64,000 nucleotides of DNA from contig NC_045696.1 in NCBI RefSeq assembly GCF_009834535.1, positions 48,796,001-48,860,000 of the forward strand. Reading direction: 5' to 3'. Origin of the DNA: Camelus ferus. Lineage: Eukaryota. Position numbers and translations under genes: made by a program. The notes beneath the pieces were generated by a model. It ran no database searches and was not told the DNA's origin. It was given only the letters and a program-made list of their open reading frames with translations. Below, piece after piece: positions 51,421 to 64,000 of this stretch; the stretch's first letter is position 1; each line of letters starts with the position of its first letter.

Positions 51421-52074
51421 CTACAACAGAAGAAAATTCAGGAATTTTAGCAGCTCTTCGAAAGCTCCCATGATACCAAGTTAACACCTAGTGAGGTCAG
51501 ATGGGAGGGTAACAGAAAAGTCTCTTCATGCTTTATACAAACAAGAAAAAGCATCAGCTAGACAGCACTACAGTAGACAATTAGGGAAGAGCTGAAAGAG
51601 TCTTTCAAACGGGAGATCAGGATGTGAACAAATCTCTCGCTAAGAAATGAAGGGGATCAAACATCAGGTGAAAAACTCTATGTAACCCTCACCCAACCCT
51701 GTAAGATTGTGTATGCCCTTTACAGCGGAGGGCTTTCCAACACAGAAATTGTGTTTCAAGGTAGCTAGCTGAGGTGTTCAAAATTTAAAGTAGGTACAAT
51801 AATTTTATATTTCCCTTTTTGTTAACCTAATCCTACTTAGCAATACAAATTGGAGAGTTATAAGTTTATATTCAAAATACAAATTTGAAAACATACATAA
51901 ATATGATGGCTTATAATGTCTCATAAATCCATTTTGATAGTTACTTGAGGCTGTGTTTGGCGTTATAATCTCTAAAAGTTATGGGTTTTTAATCTTACTA
52001 ATTATAGTTACTAGTAACTGTCGCTTTCAGCTGTTTAGAAGCCAGTGGAGCCAGTTGCTGGACTAGTTGCTGAT

Positions 52075-52250
52075 GTATTTCACTTCAAACTCACAACAAC
52101 CCTTTGTTGTTGGTAGGACAGCAAGGTAGATATAAGTGTTATTATTTATTATCTCTAGACTAAAAGAATTTAAATAACTTGCCCAGTGTCCCGCAGCTGG
52201 TAAAACCTGTCATCTGAGGCGGGTCTGTCTGATCCCAGAACCTACATTCT
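52075..52250 (-). mobile_element. MIR SINE
   Basis: aaactcacaacaaccct...taaataacttgcccagtgtcccgcagctggtaa...ggtctgtctgatcccaga. Confidence 0.8.
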
Positions 52251-53009
52251 GGGTTTCTGCAGTAAAATCCTCCTGCATACAGTCAAGTGAACCTCAGCAT
52301 CAAAACTCCTGTGTTTAAAAATGTCCTTCACACTTCAGTACAGACCTTTGCCTCCCTGGTCTCGATTTTCCTGCACACCACAGGCGTGCAATCCAGGACT
52401 CAGCATTTAAGGAGTACCAGGAACAGGACTTGAGTTCTGAAAAAGAGAGCACTTTCAGGGCAACTCCACAACCACACACCTCAAAACTCCGTCAACCTGC
52501 AAACTTCTCTTTTTGCTTTTTTTTTATTTTCTTGGGAAAATATTCAAAATACATTCAAGCCAATGCAATGACACTATATTTTACTTCCTTTTCATTTAAA
52601 AGGTCAGACAATTTGGCTTTTAGAAAAGGAAGTAATGGTAGGCAAATTCCAAATATAGAAACCTCTAACTGGTTTGGGCAGAAAGGACATTCCAGTCTGT
52701 CAAGTATTCAGCTACAAAATCACTGATAGCTGGCTTACATGATCAACAGTGTCAGAGGCTTGAAATTAATGTGCATTTTGCACTTTATCAGGGTGACCAT
52801 TGAGTCAATCTTGTCTATTAGCAAGAACAACTCATCCTTAATATGTCATATATTTTAGTAATTGAAAATTATATTATTTAATGTACTCAAGCAACATTTG
52901 TAGGAAGGCTGATTTAATTATTTTGCTATTATGCTAGAACCAACTATAGGAACTCACAAATAAAAGAATATTATCAAACAACATTTATAGACTTCCCAGG
53001 GGATGTGAC

Positions 53010-53517
53010 TGTGGTTGATTGTTTGCAAAAGTGACAACAATCTTTCCCATGCACCTTTGCAATGCAACCTTGTAGCTCTTCCCAAGAGGAAGCATTCATT
53101 TCCTCTCTCCTTGTGTCTATACTGGACTAATGGCTTCTTTGACCAATAAAATGTGGTAGAAGTAATGTTGTACCAATTCTAAGCTTATGCAGCAAGACGC
53201 TGGTAGCTTCTACTTTAACTCTTGAGACTAAACCCAGCCACCATGAAAAATAACTCAAGCTGGGTTACAGAATAACGAAAGATTCTATGGGGAGAGATGT
53301 CCCGGCCCTCAGCCAACTGAGACATACAGATGAGGATACAATATGCCCTCTGACTCCAACCCAGATGACCCCTCAAATGAATGAAAAGAACAAGTGATGT
53401 CAAGAGCAGCATAAGTGTTTCACAGCCAGATCACAGAGTTGTGAGACATAATAAAACATTGGTTTAAGCCACTAAGTTTGGGGATGGTTTATTAACCAGC
53501 AATGGATAGTCAATATA
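53010..53517 (+). mobile_element. MLT1G/H-like MaLR LTR
   Basis: cacctttgcaatgcaaccttgtagctcttccc...ctttgaccaataaaatgtggtagaagt...tttaagccactaagtttgggg. Confidence 0.85.
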
Positions 53518-54296
53518 GTAAACTAAATTAATACAAAAAAATTTTTGACTCTTGTTGTCCTAGTCCCCAAATACCATTAATTAAAAGTGCTTCTCAGAGC
53601 TTAATCATGTCAAGGATAGTTAGTCCCCCAAATTAATACACAAGTTTCTGTCGACAGATCAATCAGCATTGTTGTTCAGTGTCAGATATAGACCAGACAT
53701 TATACCTTACCCTTATACCCTTAATAAAGAAATAACATTGTTACTTTGGTTCCATATTGATTACGTTGCCTAAAAGAATTAGTCTACTGCTTAACACCAT
53801 GGTTTGGCTTTGATGAAAATTATCTTTTCTCTGAAACACAAATGTCAGATGTCCCTACATCCCTCCAATGAATGAAAGGGAGACATCTTATCCTTCAAAT
53901 CCCATCCTTAGCTTAAAAGCTTCGACTCAAACTCCAGGTGGGTTTCAAAATTTTAAACCTTCTTTTAAAAAAAGTCATGTTTCATAAGAAAGACAATAAA
54001 TACTAGGGGAAAAAACTTGTACAGAATCTAATTTACAATCCACTCACACCTGAGCCTCCAGTGTCACTTAGTTAAGAACTAAACACAACCTTGAGGGGTC
54101 ACCAATTCAGTGTTTTTCAAATGCTGTTTTTCATCCACAGATGTTTTCTTTCCTCCCCTTCTGTATTATGTCTCCCAATTTCAAAAAAGTTAAAGAATTC
54201 CCCAGCTAATAATGATTTGGTTAAGAAGTATTTTATTCAAATAGTCAAAATTTTGAGTGGAAAGATAATTTTACTTTTCTTTCAGGTAATCTCTTA

Positions 54297-55125
54297 CAGT
54301 AGTGTGTGGTAAATGTTTAACAAGCAGTTCTCAGGAAGAAAAAATGTGTGTGTATACACAGGTACATAATTTTCTGTAAGTTTAAATACAAAAGATGCGT
54401 GGCACACAATTTATGAAAAATAACATATGAAATACTATTTATTGTAAATTATATGCAGCCAGTTGATTCTCACAGAATGCTTCCACTAATTTTTGCCAAA
54501 GTCTTTTATCAATCTATGGTGCAATTCACTCGTGATTTGACAAATGGAACTGTACCCTAATCCAGTCATTATTTTCCCAATAAATTCTCTCTCATTAAAT
54601 GTGATATGTGATGGGCAATTAAACTAATTTTTACTTTTGTACAAATTCTAACCATAAAATTGAAACTTCTTTCAGCTTCAGCACTAGACATGACACACTT
54701 TTTTTTGGACACACTTTTAGGTTTAATCTCCATTATTATCATTTCTTCCTCTAGGTACTTTCTTAAGTATAGACAATTAACGGAAATAAATCAAATCTTT
54801 ATTGTAGTGCTTGCTGATTTCATGGTGTGAATACTCCCACTACGGCTGCTTCAGGCTACCAAGATGACATCACTGAATTCAGAGTTTGAAAGTTGGGTGC
54901 AGCCACACACCGTTAAACAGCATTTCCACATTCAAAGATGTAAGTAACCTCAAGAAGTCAGTAAAATAATTAAAATGTGATGAGGTTTGAGAATTTATTA
55001 CTTTTGTTTTTAGTGTAATTTGTTTAATTTTAATTCTTTATAATTTCATTTTAAATAATGGTTATGATTAACAGTCAGTTTGTAAAACCTCGTGAGACTG
55101 TATCAGCTGAATCCAGCACATACCG
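54297..55125. mobile_element. MER63-like hAT-Blackjack DNA transposon
   Basis: Degenerate TIRs cagtagtgtgtgg / ccagcacataccg, and ggtaaatgtttaacaa. Confidence 0.75.
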
Positions 55126-57364
55126 ATTAAGTGCAGGTGGGTAAAAGTTGTTACTTTTGTTTTAGTTTCTAAAGAAACAAATAATTTCTCATCAAGGCTA
55201 CTTCTTTACTAAAGTTAGACCTAACCAGAAAGGAACAAGACAAGAAAACTAAATTTAGAGAAAGAAAATTCACAGCCTTTATATGTGGTTATGAAATTCT
55301 TTTTTATCTTAATCTCTTACATTACTATTTCCTTATTCTATTCTTTGTGGATATGAAATAAATGGGTTTTGACATATATACAAATCTGTCCCATCATAAG
55401 GTTAATATCTATTTGGCTATGGCAGCTACAGTTCTTAAAATATGGTTTTATCTTCCATTTTCCAATGTCAAAAATCCTAAAATAAAGAGATAAAGATAAG
55501 CAATTTGAATTTAGGAAGAAGAATGGTAGATAAAAGGGAGTCAGGGAAAATGTTAAAATAATGTATTTCAATATTAAAGCATCCTCATTTCAATCTAATC
55601 ACACTATAGATCCAGGCGGGGGTCATGCCTCACAGAAAGCAGCCTCCAGTCTGACAAACCCAGAAGTCCAGAAACCTTGTACTCTTTTCTCCCCACCTGA
55701 TCAGATAAAAATCCTCCCGATTCCTAGCGTGAGGCTCCAGGACAGAGGTGGTTGAGATGAATGCCTTTACACTCTAGTACCCTCAAGAGAGCTTCTAAAA
55801 AAACTCATTAACATATCAGGTTAATATCCCATTTGGCTGCTAAAGTATGTGGAGAATGCTCTTCTGCATTTACTGGGCAGAGTCTCAGAACCTCCACTAA
55901 GAGAGAAAACGTTCAAGATTGAAGTTTCCACACTTGACCCTAGCCAAGTTTCTGAGATAACCTAAGCAGTGATTTTAGGTAAATACCTTTATTTTCTTGT
56001 CTTTTTTTTTTTTTTTTCCCCCTGCAGGCACATGGTTTCTCTGGGACCTTCTTTGAAAGCAAAATGCTGTTTCTGCTTGAAAGTCATTTATGGACTTTAC
56101 CTTCATTTTCTGTGTTTTGGTCTTTGCGTGTCTTTCCAATCCTCCTTCCTAGACTGTAGTGTCTTTGAGAGAAGGGACTGCGCCCTATTCTTCCTCACGT
56201 CCTGGTCTTAGAGAAATGTACTGTACAAATCATAATTACTGTTCTGTAAGTTATCTCACAGGATACACGTTAGGCAAGGCCTCAGCTCTTTGTCTTATGT
56301 TTTCAAGGTGCACAAGATTGATGAATACCAGACTCATTAGTTCCCTTTATGTCTAGGTAAAACAAGTACATCAATCAATCAAGTAAATCTTGTATTTATT
56401 TAAAGGATTTTTCCCACATGAGTGGATTTTTTTTTTTTTTTTGACAAGAAGGTGAAACACAGGTATCAGGAAACAGAAATTTCAAGCACATCAGTTGCAA
56501 GTGTCAAAAATGAAGTTTGGAAAAAGCATAAATGAGCTTTCGTGATAAATTAGAGAATGAATTTTTAAAAAATCTTACATGGTAAAAATTGCCCTTGGTG
56601 AATTCAAGGTATGTTAGAGGTTTTTTTTGCCTCTTCTCTTCAGCTTGTAGAGTGCTTTCTACATGTTTCTCTTTATATGAAACACCGAGGACACAAAGAT
56701 TAGTAAAATATTGGCCCTGTGTTTAAGGAGGCACAGTCAAAAAAGAACTTCATTCCTGACTGGGGAAAAACTGCCAGTATTTCTGTGACAAGCCAAGAGA
56801 AAAGCGTCGAAAATATACTGAACGTTTACTCTGTGCTAGACACTGGCTAGGTTCTATAGTCTCTCATTTGCTACTGTGCTTAAAATGTGTGTGCTACGTC
56901 ATTACTGCACTCGCTCATACGGCTCTGGGTCTTATCTTCCCAGTGGGATTATAAACTCCTGTCTTTAAATTCTTTATGCTGCCATAGTACCTTAGCAAAG
57001 TAAGTAAAATCTGAATAAAACATTTTCCAAACTGAATTTCATTTTCCAGTGTTCAAAGAATTGTTTCTTTTACCTCCTTTAGGTTTTTTTTTTCCCTTTT
57101 CCTTACTAATTTTATACCAAATTTTCCTTTTAAAGTTCCTAATATCCCACCCACTTCCTTTATGCTCCTAATACGTGTGTATTGATATATCACACTTTCA
57201 TGTTTTGTCCACCATCACTCCTATAATATTAGATATATATGTATTGATTAGATCTACTTATCCACCTCTATATAGCTTTATATTTTAAATTCAAACAATA
57301 CTAAAAGACAAAATATTTAGGGGGAGATTTCATGCTGTGTGAGGCTACTACCTCAGAAGTATTA

Positions 57365-57793
57365 CATAATAAATTAGCCATCTTTGGCTACTACAGTAAC
57401 CTTGCATCCTAAACTACTCCAAACTCAGTGACTTATGAGTACTTAACTTTTCTTGCCAATGGGTCTGCAAGTTGGCTGGATCATCCTTGCTTTCAGTTGA
57501 GGTTTGGATTTTCAAAACTTTCCCACATATATCAATTATAGATCATTCCAGGCTGAAGGGACAATGGTTTCTCAGGGCATGTTCTTTCAATGACATGTCA
57601 TAGGAGTGAAAGAGTAAGCTGTAAGTTCTCTTAACTTGAAACTGGCACATTGCCACATCTGTCCTCAGTCCATCCACCACGATTATCTGCATGATGCAGC
57701 CCAGATCAATGAGTAGGAAGTACGTCACTCTTATGCATCACAAGACCATGTGGCAGAAGAGAATAAAGACTGGAGAACAATCCAGTCCACAAC
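57365..57793 (-). mobile_element. Old MLT1 (H/I/J-like) LTR
   Basis: ccaaactcagtgactta...gggtctgcaagttggctgg...gaaactggcacattgccacatctg. Confidence 0.75.
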
Positions 57794-57799
57794 ACATGG

Positions 57800-57980
57800 T
57801 TTTTATCATTTATTCTCCATATAAGGAGGTGTTCTTAAGCCCATTATAACCTTAAGTAAGCTGAGGCTCTGAGAAATTACATAAAAATCCCAAAAATGTA
57901 TAGCAAATAACAGCATAACTAAGAATTTGAATAAGGTATAGTTTTGATTTCATAAACCACATACTAATTTCATGACAACA
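57800..57980 (-). mobile_element. MIR fragment
   Basis: cccattataaccttaagtaagctgaggctctgagaaatta. Confidence 0.55.
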
Positions 57981-58800
57981 GTAATCTCTTTTATAGCACT
58001 TTTATGACTAGTTTAAAAAGAAAAGGAAAGTTGAGATTTTGCAGGTGGTGAAGCTCTTTTTGGTATAAAATAAAGATACTAAAACAAATGAAGGTATTTA
58101 TACTTGATAGCAGTAATCACTTCTCTGTTCTTAGCCCTAGAAAAGAAATGGAATTGGCCTCAGAATGACTCCCTTTCCACTGTTATATGAATTATCTATT
58201 GTGGCTGCAGTCACTGGAGTCCGCACAGCATATGCTGTTAATTAGCCATGTGTGATGGCTTAAAATAAAGCCTTTCATGAGGCTTGTAAAGTTAATTTAA
58301 CTTTCTCTTTCTAGGTAAAGAAGTACTATAAAGAGTGACTGTAGCAACAATGATAGTATTTTTTACTGCAGTTCTTCAAAAACAAAGATGAGAAACAATA
58401 GAAGGTGAATTTTGAAACATTTGGTTTTCATTAATGTTCTACGAATTGCGGGATAAACTTGTCATGACAAATAGTTTTATGTTCAATGACCAATTAGAGT
58501 GAAAGGGTCACCTTGGGCCAACACATTTACCCAAAGTGCCTTCTCTCCATAGATGGGGCTTATGCCCATGATTTTGGCTCCTAAGCAACATTCTCTAACG
58601 TACTGTTCCCCAAATTTTTCAGATCTTCAAAATTACATTGGTTTGCCTGATAAAATTATAGATTGCCAGATAACTCACCTGGAAAAATTTGATTTAATAA
58701 GATAGTGTATACCCTGGAAATTTTAATTTTTAACACAGGGTCCTGATAATTATCATGATCAAACAAATATAGTGGTTAGTGTATTAAAAAATTGAGTAGC

Positions 58801-61677
58801 TTTAAGAAAGAAATTATACCAATTCTCCACAATCTCTTTCAGAGGATGAGAGCAGAAAAAATAATTTCCAACTTATTCTATGAGGCTAGTCTTACCCTAA
58901 TACTAAAACCAGACTAAAACATTAGAATAAAAGAATACTGCTAATTAATATCTCTTATGAACATAAGTGGAAAAATCCTCAACAAAGTATTAGCAAATCA
59001 AATCCAACAATATGTAAAAAGAATAATATAGTACAACCAAGAGGGAACTATCTCAGGTATGCAAGGCTGATTGAACTTTTGAAAATCAATTAATGTTATC
59101 TGTCTCATCAATGGACACACAAAAAGAAAAATCACATGACCATATCAACAGATGCAAAAAAAGCATTTGACAAAACCCAATTCATGTTAAGAACTCTCAG
59201 TAAATTATGAATAGAGGTAAAATTTCTCAACTTGATATAGGCTATCTTTAAATACTCTGCAGCTAACATGATACTTAATGGTGAGAAACTCAAATCTGTC
59301 TCACTAAGATCATGTAGAAGGCAAGAATTTCCCCTCTTACCACTCCTTTCCAACATCATGCTAAAAGGCCTTGCTTATTCAATAAGGCAATAAAAGGTAC
59401 ACAGATTGGGATGGAACATAAAACTTTCTTGGTTCATAGATGACATGGTTATCTATGTAGAAAATCCAAAAGAACTGACAAAAAAAAACCAACCCACTTC
59501 TCGGATTAATAAGTGATTATAGCAAGGTTTCAGAATACAGAGTTAATATAAAGAAGTCAATTGCTTTCCTATATACCAACAATGAACAAGTGTAATTTGA
59601 AATTAAAAACATACTACCATTTACATTAGCATCCCCCCAAATTAAATTCTTAAGTATAGTGCTAACAAAACACATACAAGATCTATTTGAGGAAAACCAC
59701 AAAACTCTGATGAAAGAAATCAAAGAACTAAATAAATTGGAGAGATATTCCATGTTCATGGATAGAAAAACTCAATATTGTCATGATGTCAATTCTTCCC
59801 AACTTGGTCTATAGATTCAATGTAGTCCTACTCAAAATCTTAGGAAGTTATTTTACAAATATTGACAAACAGATTCTAAAGTTTATATGGAGAGTCAAAA
59901 GACCCAGAGCAACAAACACTATATTGAAGGAGAAGAATAAAGTTGAAGGAGTGATACTACCTGACTTCAAATCTTACTCTAAAGCTATAGTAATTAAGAC
60001 ACTGTGGTATTGGCAAAAGACTAAACACATGGATCAGTGGAAAAGGATGGTGAACCCAGAAATAGATTCCAATAAACACAGCAAAATGATCTTTAAAAAA
60101 CCAAAAAAACAAAGGCAATACATTGGAGCAAAGACAGTCTCTTCAACAAATGGTACTGGAAAACTGGACAAAAAATAAATCTAGACATGGACCTTACACT
60201 CTTCACAAAAATTAACCCAAAATGGATCAGAGATCTGAATTTAAAATGTAAAACTATAAAACTCTCAGAAGATAGCGTAGGTGAAACCTAGATGACCTTG
60301 GGTATAGTGACAACTTTTTAGACACAATACCAAAGACACAATCCATGAAAAAAAGAATCAATAAACTGGACTTAGAATTTAAAACTTCTGCACTGAAAAA
60401 CAATATCAAGAGAATGTGATGAGAAGCCACAGGCTGAAAGAAAATGTTTGAGAAAGACAAATTTATAAAAGCCTGTTACCCAAAATATATAAAGTTCTTA
60501 AAACTCAACAATAAGAAAACAAACAATGCAATCAAAAAATAAGCCAAAGACTTTAATAGACACCTAACCAATTAAGACATAAAGATGACAAAAAAGCATA
60601 TGAAAAGGTGCTCCACATCAAATGTCATCAGGGAAACTCAAGTTAAAATAACAATGAGACACTACTATACACTAATTAGAATGGCTAAAATCCAGAACAC
60701 TGACAACACTAAATGCTGTTGAGGATGTGGAGAAACAAGAACCATTATTCATTGCTGCTAGGAACATAAAATGACACAGCCAATTTAGAACACAGTTTAG
60801 TAGCTTCTTACACCAACTAAACATACTCATACCATATGATCCAGCAATTGTGCTCCTTGGTATTTATCCAAAGGAGTTCAAAACTTATTTTTACACAAAA
60901 ACCTGCACATCTATGTTTATAGTAGCTTTATTCATATCTGCCAGAACTTGGAAACAATCAAGATGGCCTTCAGTAGGTGCATGGGTAAGTAAACTGTGGT
61001 ATATATAGAAAATAGAATATTATTCATCACTAAGAAGAAATGAGCTATCAAGCCATGAAAAGACATGGACAGTCCTTAAATGCAAATTAGTAAGTGAAAG
61101 AAGCCCATCACAAGAGGCAATATACTATATGATTCCAACCATATGATATTCTGGGAAAGGCAAAACCATGGAGATAGTAAAAAAGATCAGTGGTTGCCAG
61201 GGTAGGAGTGGGAAGAGAGATGAACAGGCAGAGAGATGAATAGGCGGTTAATTTTTAAGGCACTGATTTTTAAGTGCTGAAAGTACTCTGTATGATATTC
61301 TAATAATGGATATATGGCATTGTACATTTGTCCAAACCCATGGAGTCTACAACACCAAGAGTGAACTCTAAACAATGGACTATGGCTGATTATGATGTAT
61401 ATTATTTGATGCATATGATGTACTATTATTATTTGTATATTTGCATATTATTTGATGTATATGATGTATTATTATGATGTAGGTTCATTTTTGGTAAAAA
61501 TGTACCATTCTGGTCAGTGTTGGTGATAAATGGTGGAGACTATGCATGTGTAGGGGCAGGGGGTATATGGGAAATTTCTGTACCTCACTTTCAATTTTAC
61601 TATAAACCTAAAACAGCTCTAAGAAAAAAAAAATCTTCTTTAAAAACTACAAGCACAAAAACCAAAAGCCTAAAAAC
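58801..61677 (+). mobile_element. L1MC1/2-like 5'-truncated LINE (RT to 3' UTR), degraded
   Basis: ORF2 remnants (ILKFIWRVKRPRATNTILKEKNKVEGVILPDFKSYSKAIVIKTLWYW); L1MC-type 3' UTR gggggtatatgggaaatttctgtacc; TSD aaaaaattgagtagc (58786-58800) / aaagaactgagtagc (61678-61692), 13 of 15 identical. Confidence 0.95.
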
Positions 61678-62494
61678 AAAGAACTGAGTAGCCATGATTC
61701 ATGTTGGAGGATTGTTCCTCATGGCATATGGAATTTAGAGGAAAGCTGATGGTTTAAAAATTTCTCTCATGTTATTCTTAAACATTCCCTTTTGCCTAAC
61801 TTCAAAATTACAATACGAATGCATTTTGAATTGTAATTACATTTTTGTAATTCTATCTGGGGGAAGTCATGGAATTTTTTAAACTTTAAAAAATTTTCTT
61901 TTTATCCCACTGTTTAAATTCTCTCAATCTTCATTCCATTCTCCCTTTTCATTTTTCTTTTCCATCGCTTGATCCTTTGCATCTTGGCCCAGATTCTCCT
62001 ACAGCACCCTCCTGACTCCTCTCCAAACTATATGCATGCAAGTAACCTCACCTGGTTAGTCTCTGCCCTGGGCACTGCATCCCTCCTTCAGATAACAGCA
62101 GCTGCCTTTCCCTGCATTCTCTCCCAGTAGACTGGGGCACAAGCTTCATATTTTAGTCATTAGTTCAAAATTAATGGAGAAACAAGAAAAATCTGATAGG
62201 GTGACAAACAGTTCTGTATCTGCAAAAGGAATATCAGAAAATGCTATAATTATGTCAGGGTTGTATTGAGATTAAATCTAAGGTAGGGCTCAGATTGGAT
62301 TTATTTTTAGATTTACTTTTAAACCAAATCTCTTCTTGTGGCCATTTGTGGACTGTGTGCATGGTCCACTGAATGCCAGTATGAAATGAGATTATGTATC
62401 TTCCATTAGCAGCAATTGTGTAGAGTGCTTGAATTTGGCTTTATTGTGTAATGGCAAATTACCCTCAATGACAGAAAGCTGAAATCTATTTCCT

Positions 62495-62590
62495 GTCATG
62501 GCTACTGATTATCTGCCAGTGTGGTCAAGTCCTTCGACTTTTTCTGCCTCAGTTTTTGGGCCTGTAATATAAATGAGCTGATGTAAAAAA
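62495..62590 (+). mobile_element. MIR core fragment
   Basis: gtggtcaagtccttcgactttttctgcctcagtttttgggcctgtaa. Confidence 0.65.
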
Positions 62591-64000
62591 CGTTCCCTAG
62601 AAAACAGCTGTCTTCAAAATTCTAAGCATAATCACTTGTGATTGTTAACTAGGCAGTTTAGAAGCAAATGAAAAAAGTCTTTTGCAGAAGCAACACAAAT
62701 TAGCTGTGATATGTCCAAGAAGAAATTTTGGTAGTATATCTTTTCTTTTCATTCTTCTTTTTACAATCCAAAAGATTGGATATATTTGAAAAGATTTCCT
62801 TTCATTATACCAAGAATTCATGGGAACAGGACATCAGCATGAAAGAGACTGCCAAATCTTTGAAAAACCCACAAAGGACAAAACCTCAATACCTGCATCA
62901 GTGTGGTTATGAGTATATTGTGTGGCAACCGACAGTGTCTGCCTCACTGCTAGTAGGTTTCTTTGTTTTATTCTTTCTGAGTAAAAGACTGCTATACTGA
63001 AATTTTCATTCATTGGTCATTTATGTATTTGTTTAATGCTCTGTGTCATTATTAGAAAAATGTACACAACTAAATAGGACAAAATAAAATTTAAATTAAA
63101 CAAGTGAGGAAATTAGGTAAAATTAAAGGGAAAATAAGGAAATACCAAGAACTAAATTATTGCATGAAGGACTTTTCTTGATCTTGTACATTTGCTAAAA
63201 ATGGGGCATCAGTTTGCCTCTGAGATTTCTAACGGCTACCCATTGGTCTGACTTTTAGTCCCTGAAGCTACACATAATAAATCAAGTCCCTTTTCCATAA
63301 GGAAGTCCCTCAGATGCCCAAAGAAGGTTCTGAGTCCTTTAGGCTAAATCAGAATGAATAATCTTACCCATTGCCCAGAAAACATTATTAATTTACTTCA
63401 CCTTTGTAAGACAATTCTAGTCTGTTCTATTGCTTCTGTGTTAAAGGACTCTAGGGCATTTGATTGCCTAACTTCATTCCATTTAACTTAAAAAAAAAAA
63501 ATAGAACACATTTTTTACATGGAATTGAGACATTTGTGGGTGAGCAGTGAAACTGACAATGTCAAGTCCATGATGGTACCAAAGTCTACCTTTAAAACTT
63601 TCTATGCCCACCTAGGCGAAGCCAGGACCTACTTTTACACTCCTTCCTAGTAACACACAATAACCTACATAGACTGAGCGTCATTTTACTACTAGGGATT
63701 TGAGTCATTATTGGTTTTCCTTCCTGGCCTGATAGAATTACATGAAAACCATTTAGACCTTTTTTTCCCCCAAATTTCTCGCTAAGGGGATTGTTGCAGG
63801 GACTGAATATTAGCATGATCTGGCTTTGATATCTGACACCCTACAACGTCAGCACTGTGGTTCAATCTGTTTGACTGTTAGGTGTGCTAAGCCTTTCCCT
63901 CCACTACTGTATGTATGTTCCTTCCAAAGTTTGGCATTTGGTGAAGAAAAAGGCACTGTCAGACAAGGACTCCTGTGTCTGAACTCCTGTGTTCAAACCT

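Noticed and set aside
56000..56030. Strong-looking plus-strand acceptor (poly-T cccctgcag)
   Set aside because: Arises from a simple T run; no good donor downstream at exon distance
59132..60460. Several ORFs on both strands
   Set aside because: Sense and antisense readings of degraded L1 ORF2
1..64000. CRISPR arrays, operons, tRNA/rRNA genes, CpG island
   Set aside because: Mammalian repeat-rich DNA; none of these patterns were seen

Overview
AT-rich, gene-poor eutherian DNA, most likely intronic or intergenic. No intact protein-coding gene is supported; the ORF-track entries are either decayed L1 ORF2 / Tigger1 transposase pieces or chance ORFs. A large part of the window is interspersed repeats: MIR, L2, old L1M, MaLR (MLT1), ERVL (MLT2), ERV1 solo LTRs, hAT elements (MER58, MER45, MER63) and a near full-length Tigger1 nested in an MLT1 LTR. 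A young L1 3' end with a perfect 17-bp TSD resembles camelid L1 as I recall it, and I saw no Alu, B1, Bov-tA/BovB, PRE1 or SINEC, so a camelid (camel/alpaca) origin is likely (inference). The most notable non-routine signals are: (i) two frame-compatible candidate minus-strand exons (51388-51420 and 49986-50158); (ii) a composite repair-like scar in an old L1, made of a tail-less antisense L1 fragment replacing host sequence plus an exact 42-bp copy templated from 785 bp away; (iii) an 84-nt long-stem hairpin at 11011-11094; (iv) four back-to-back inverted repeats at 58225-58304. I found no convincing novel multi-gene system. Repeat subfamily names come from memory of consensus sequences, and their boundaries are approximate unless a TSD is cited.
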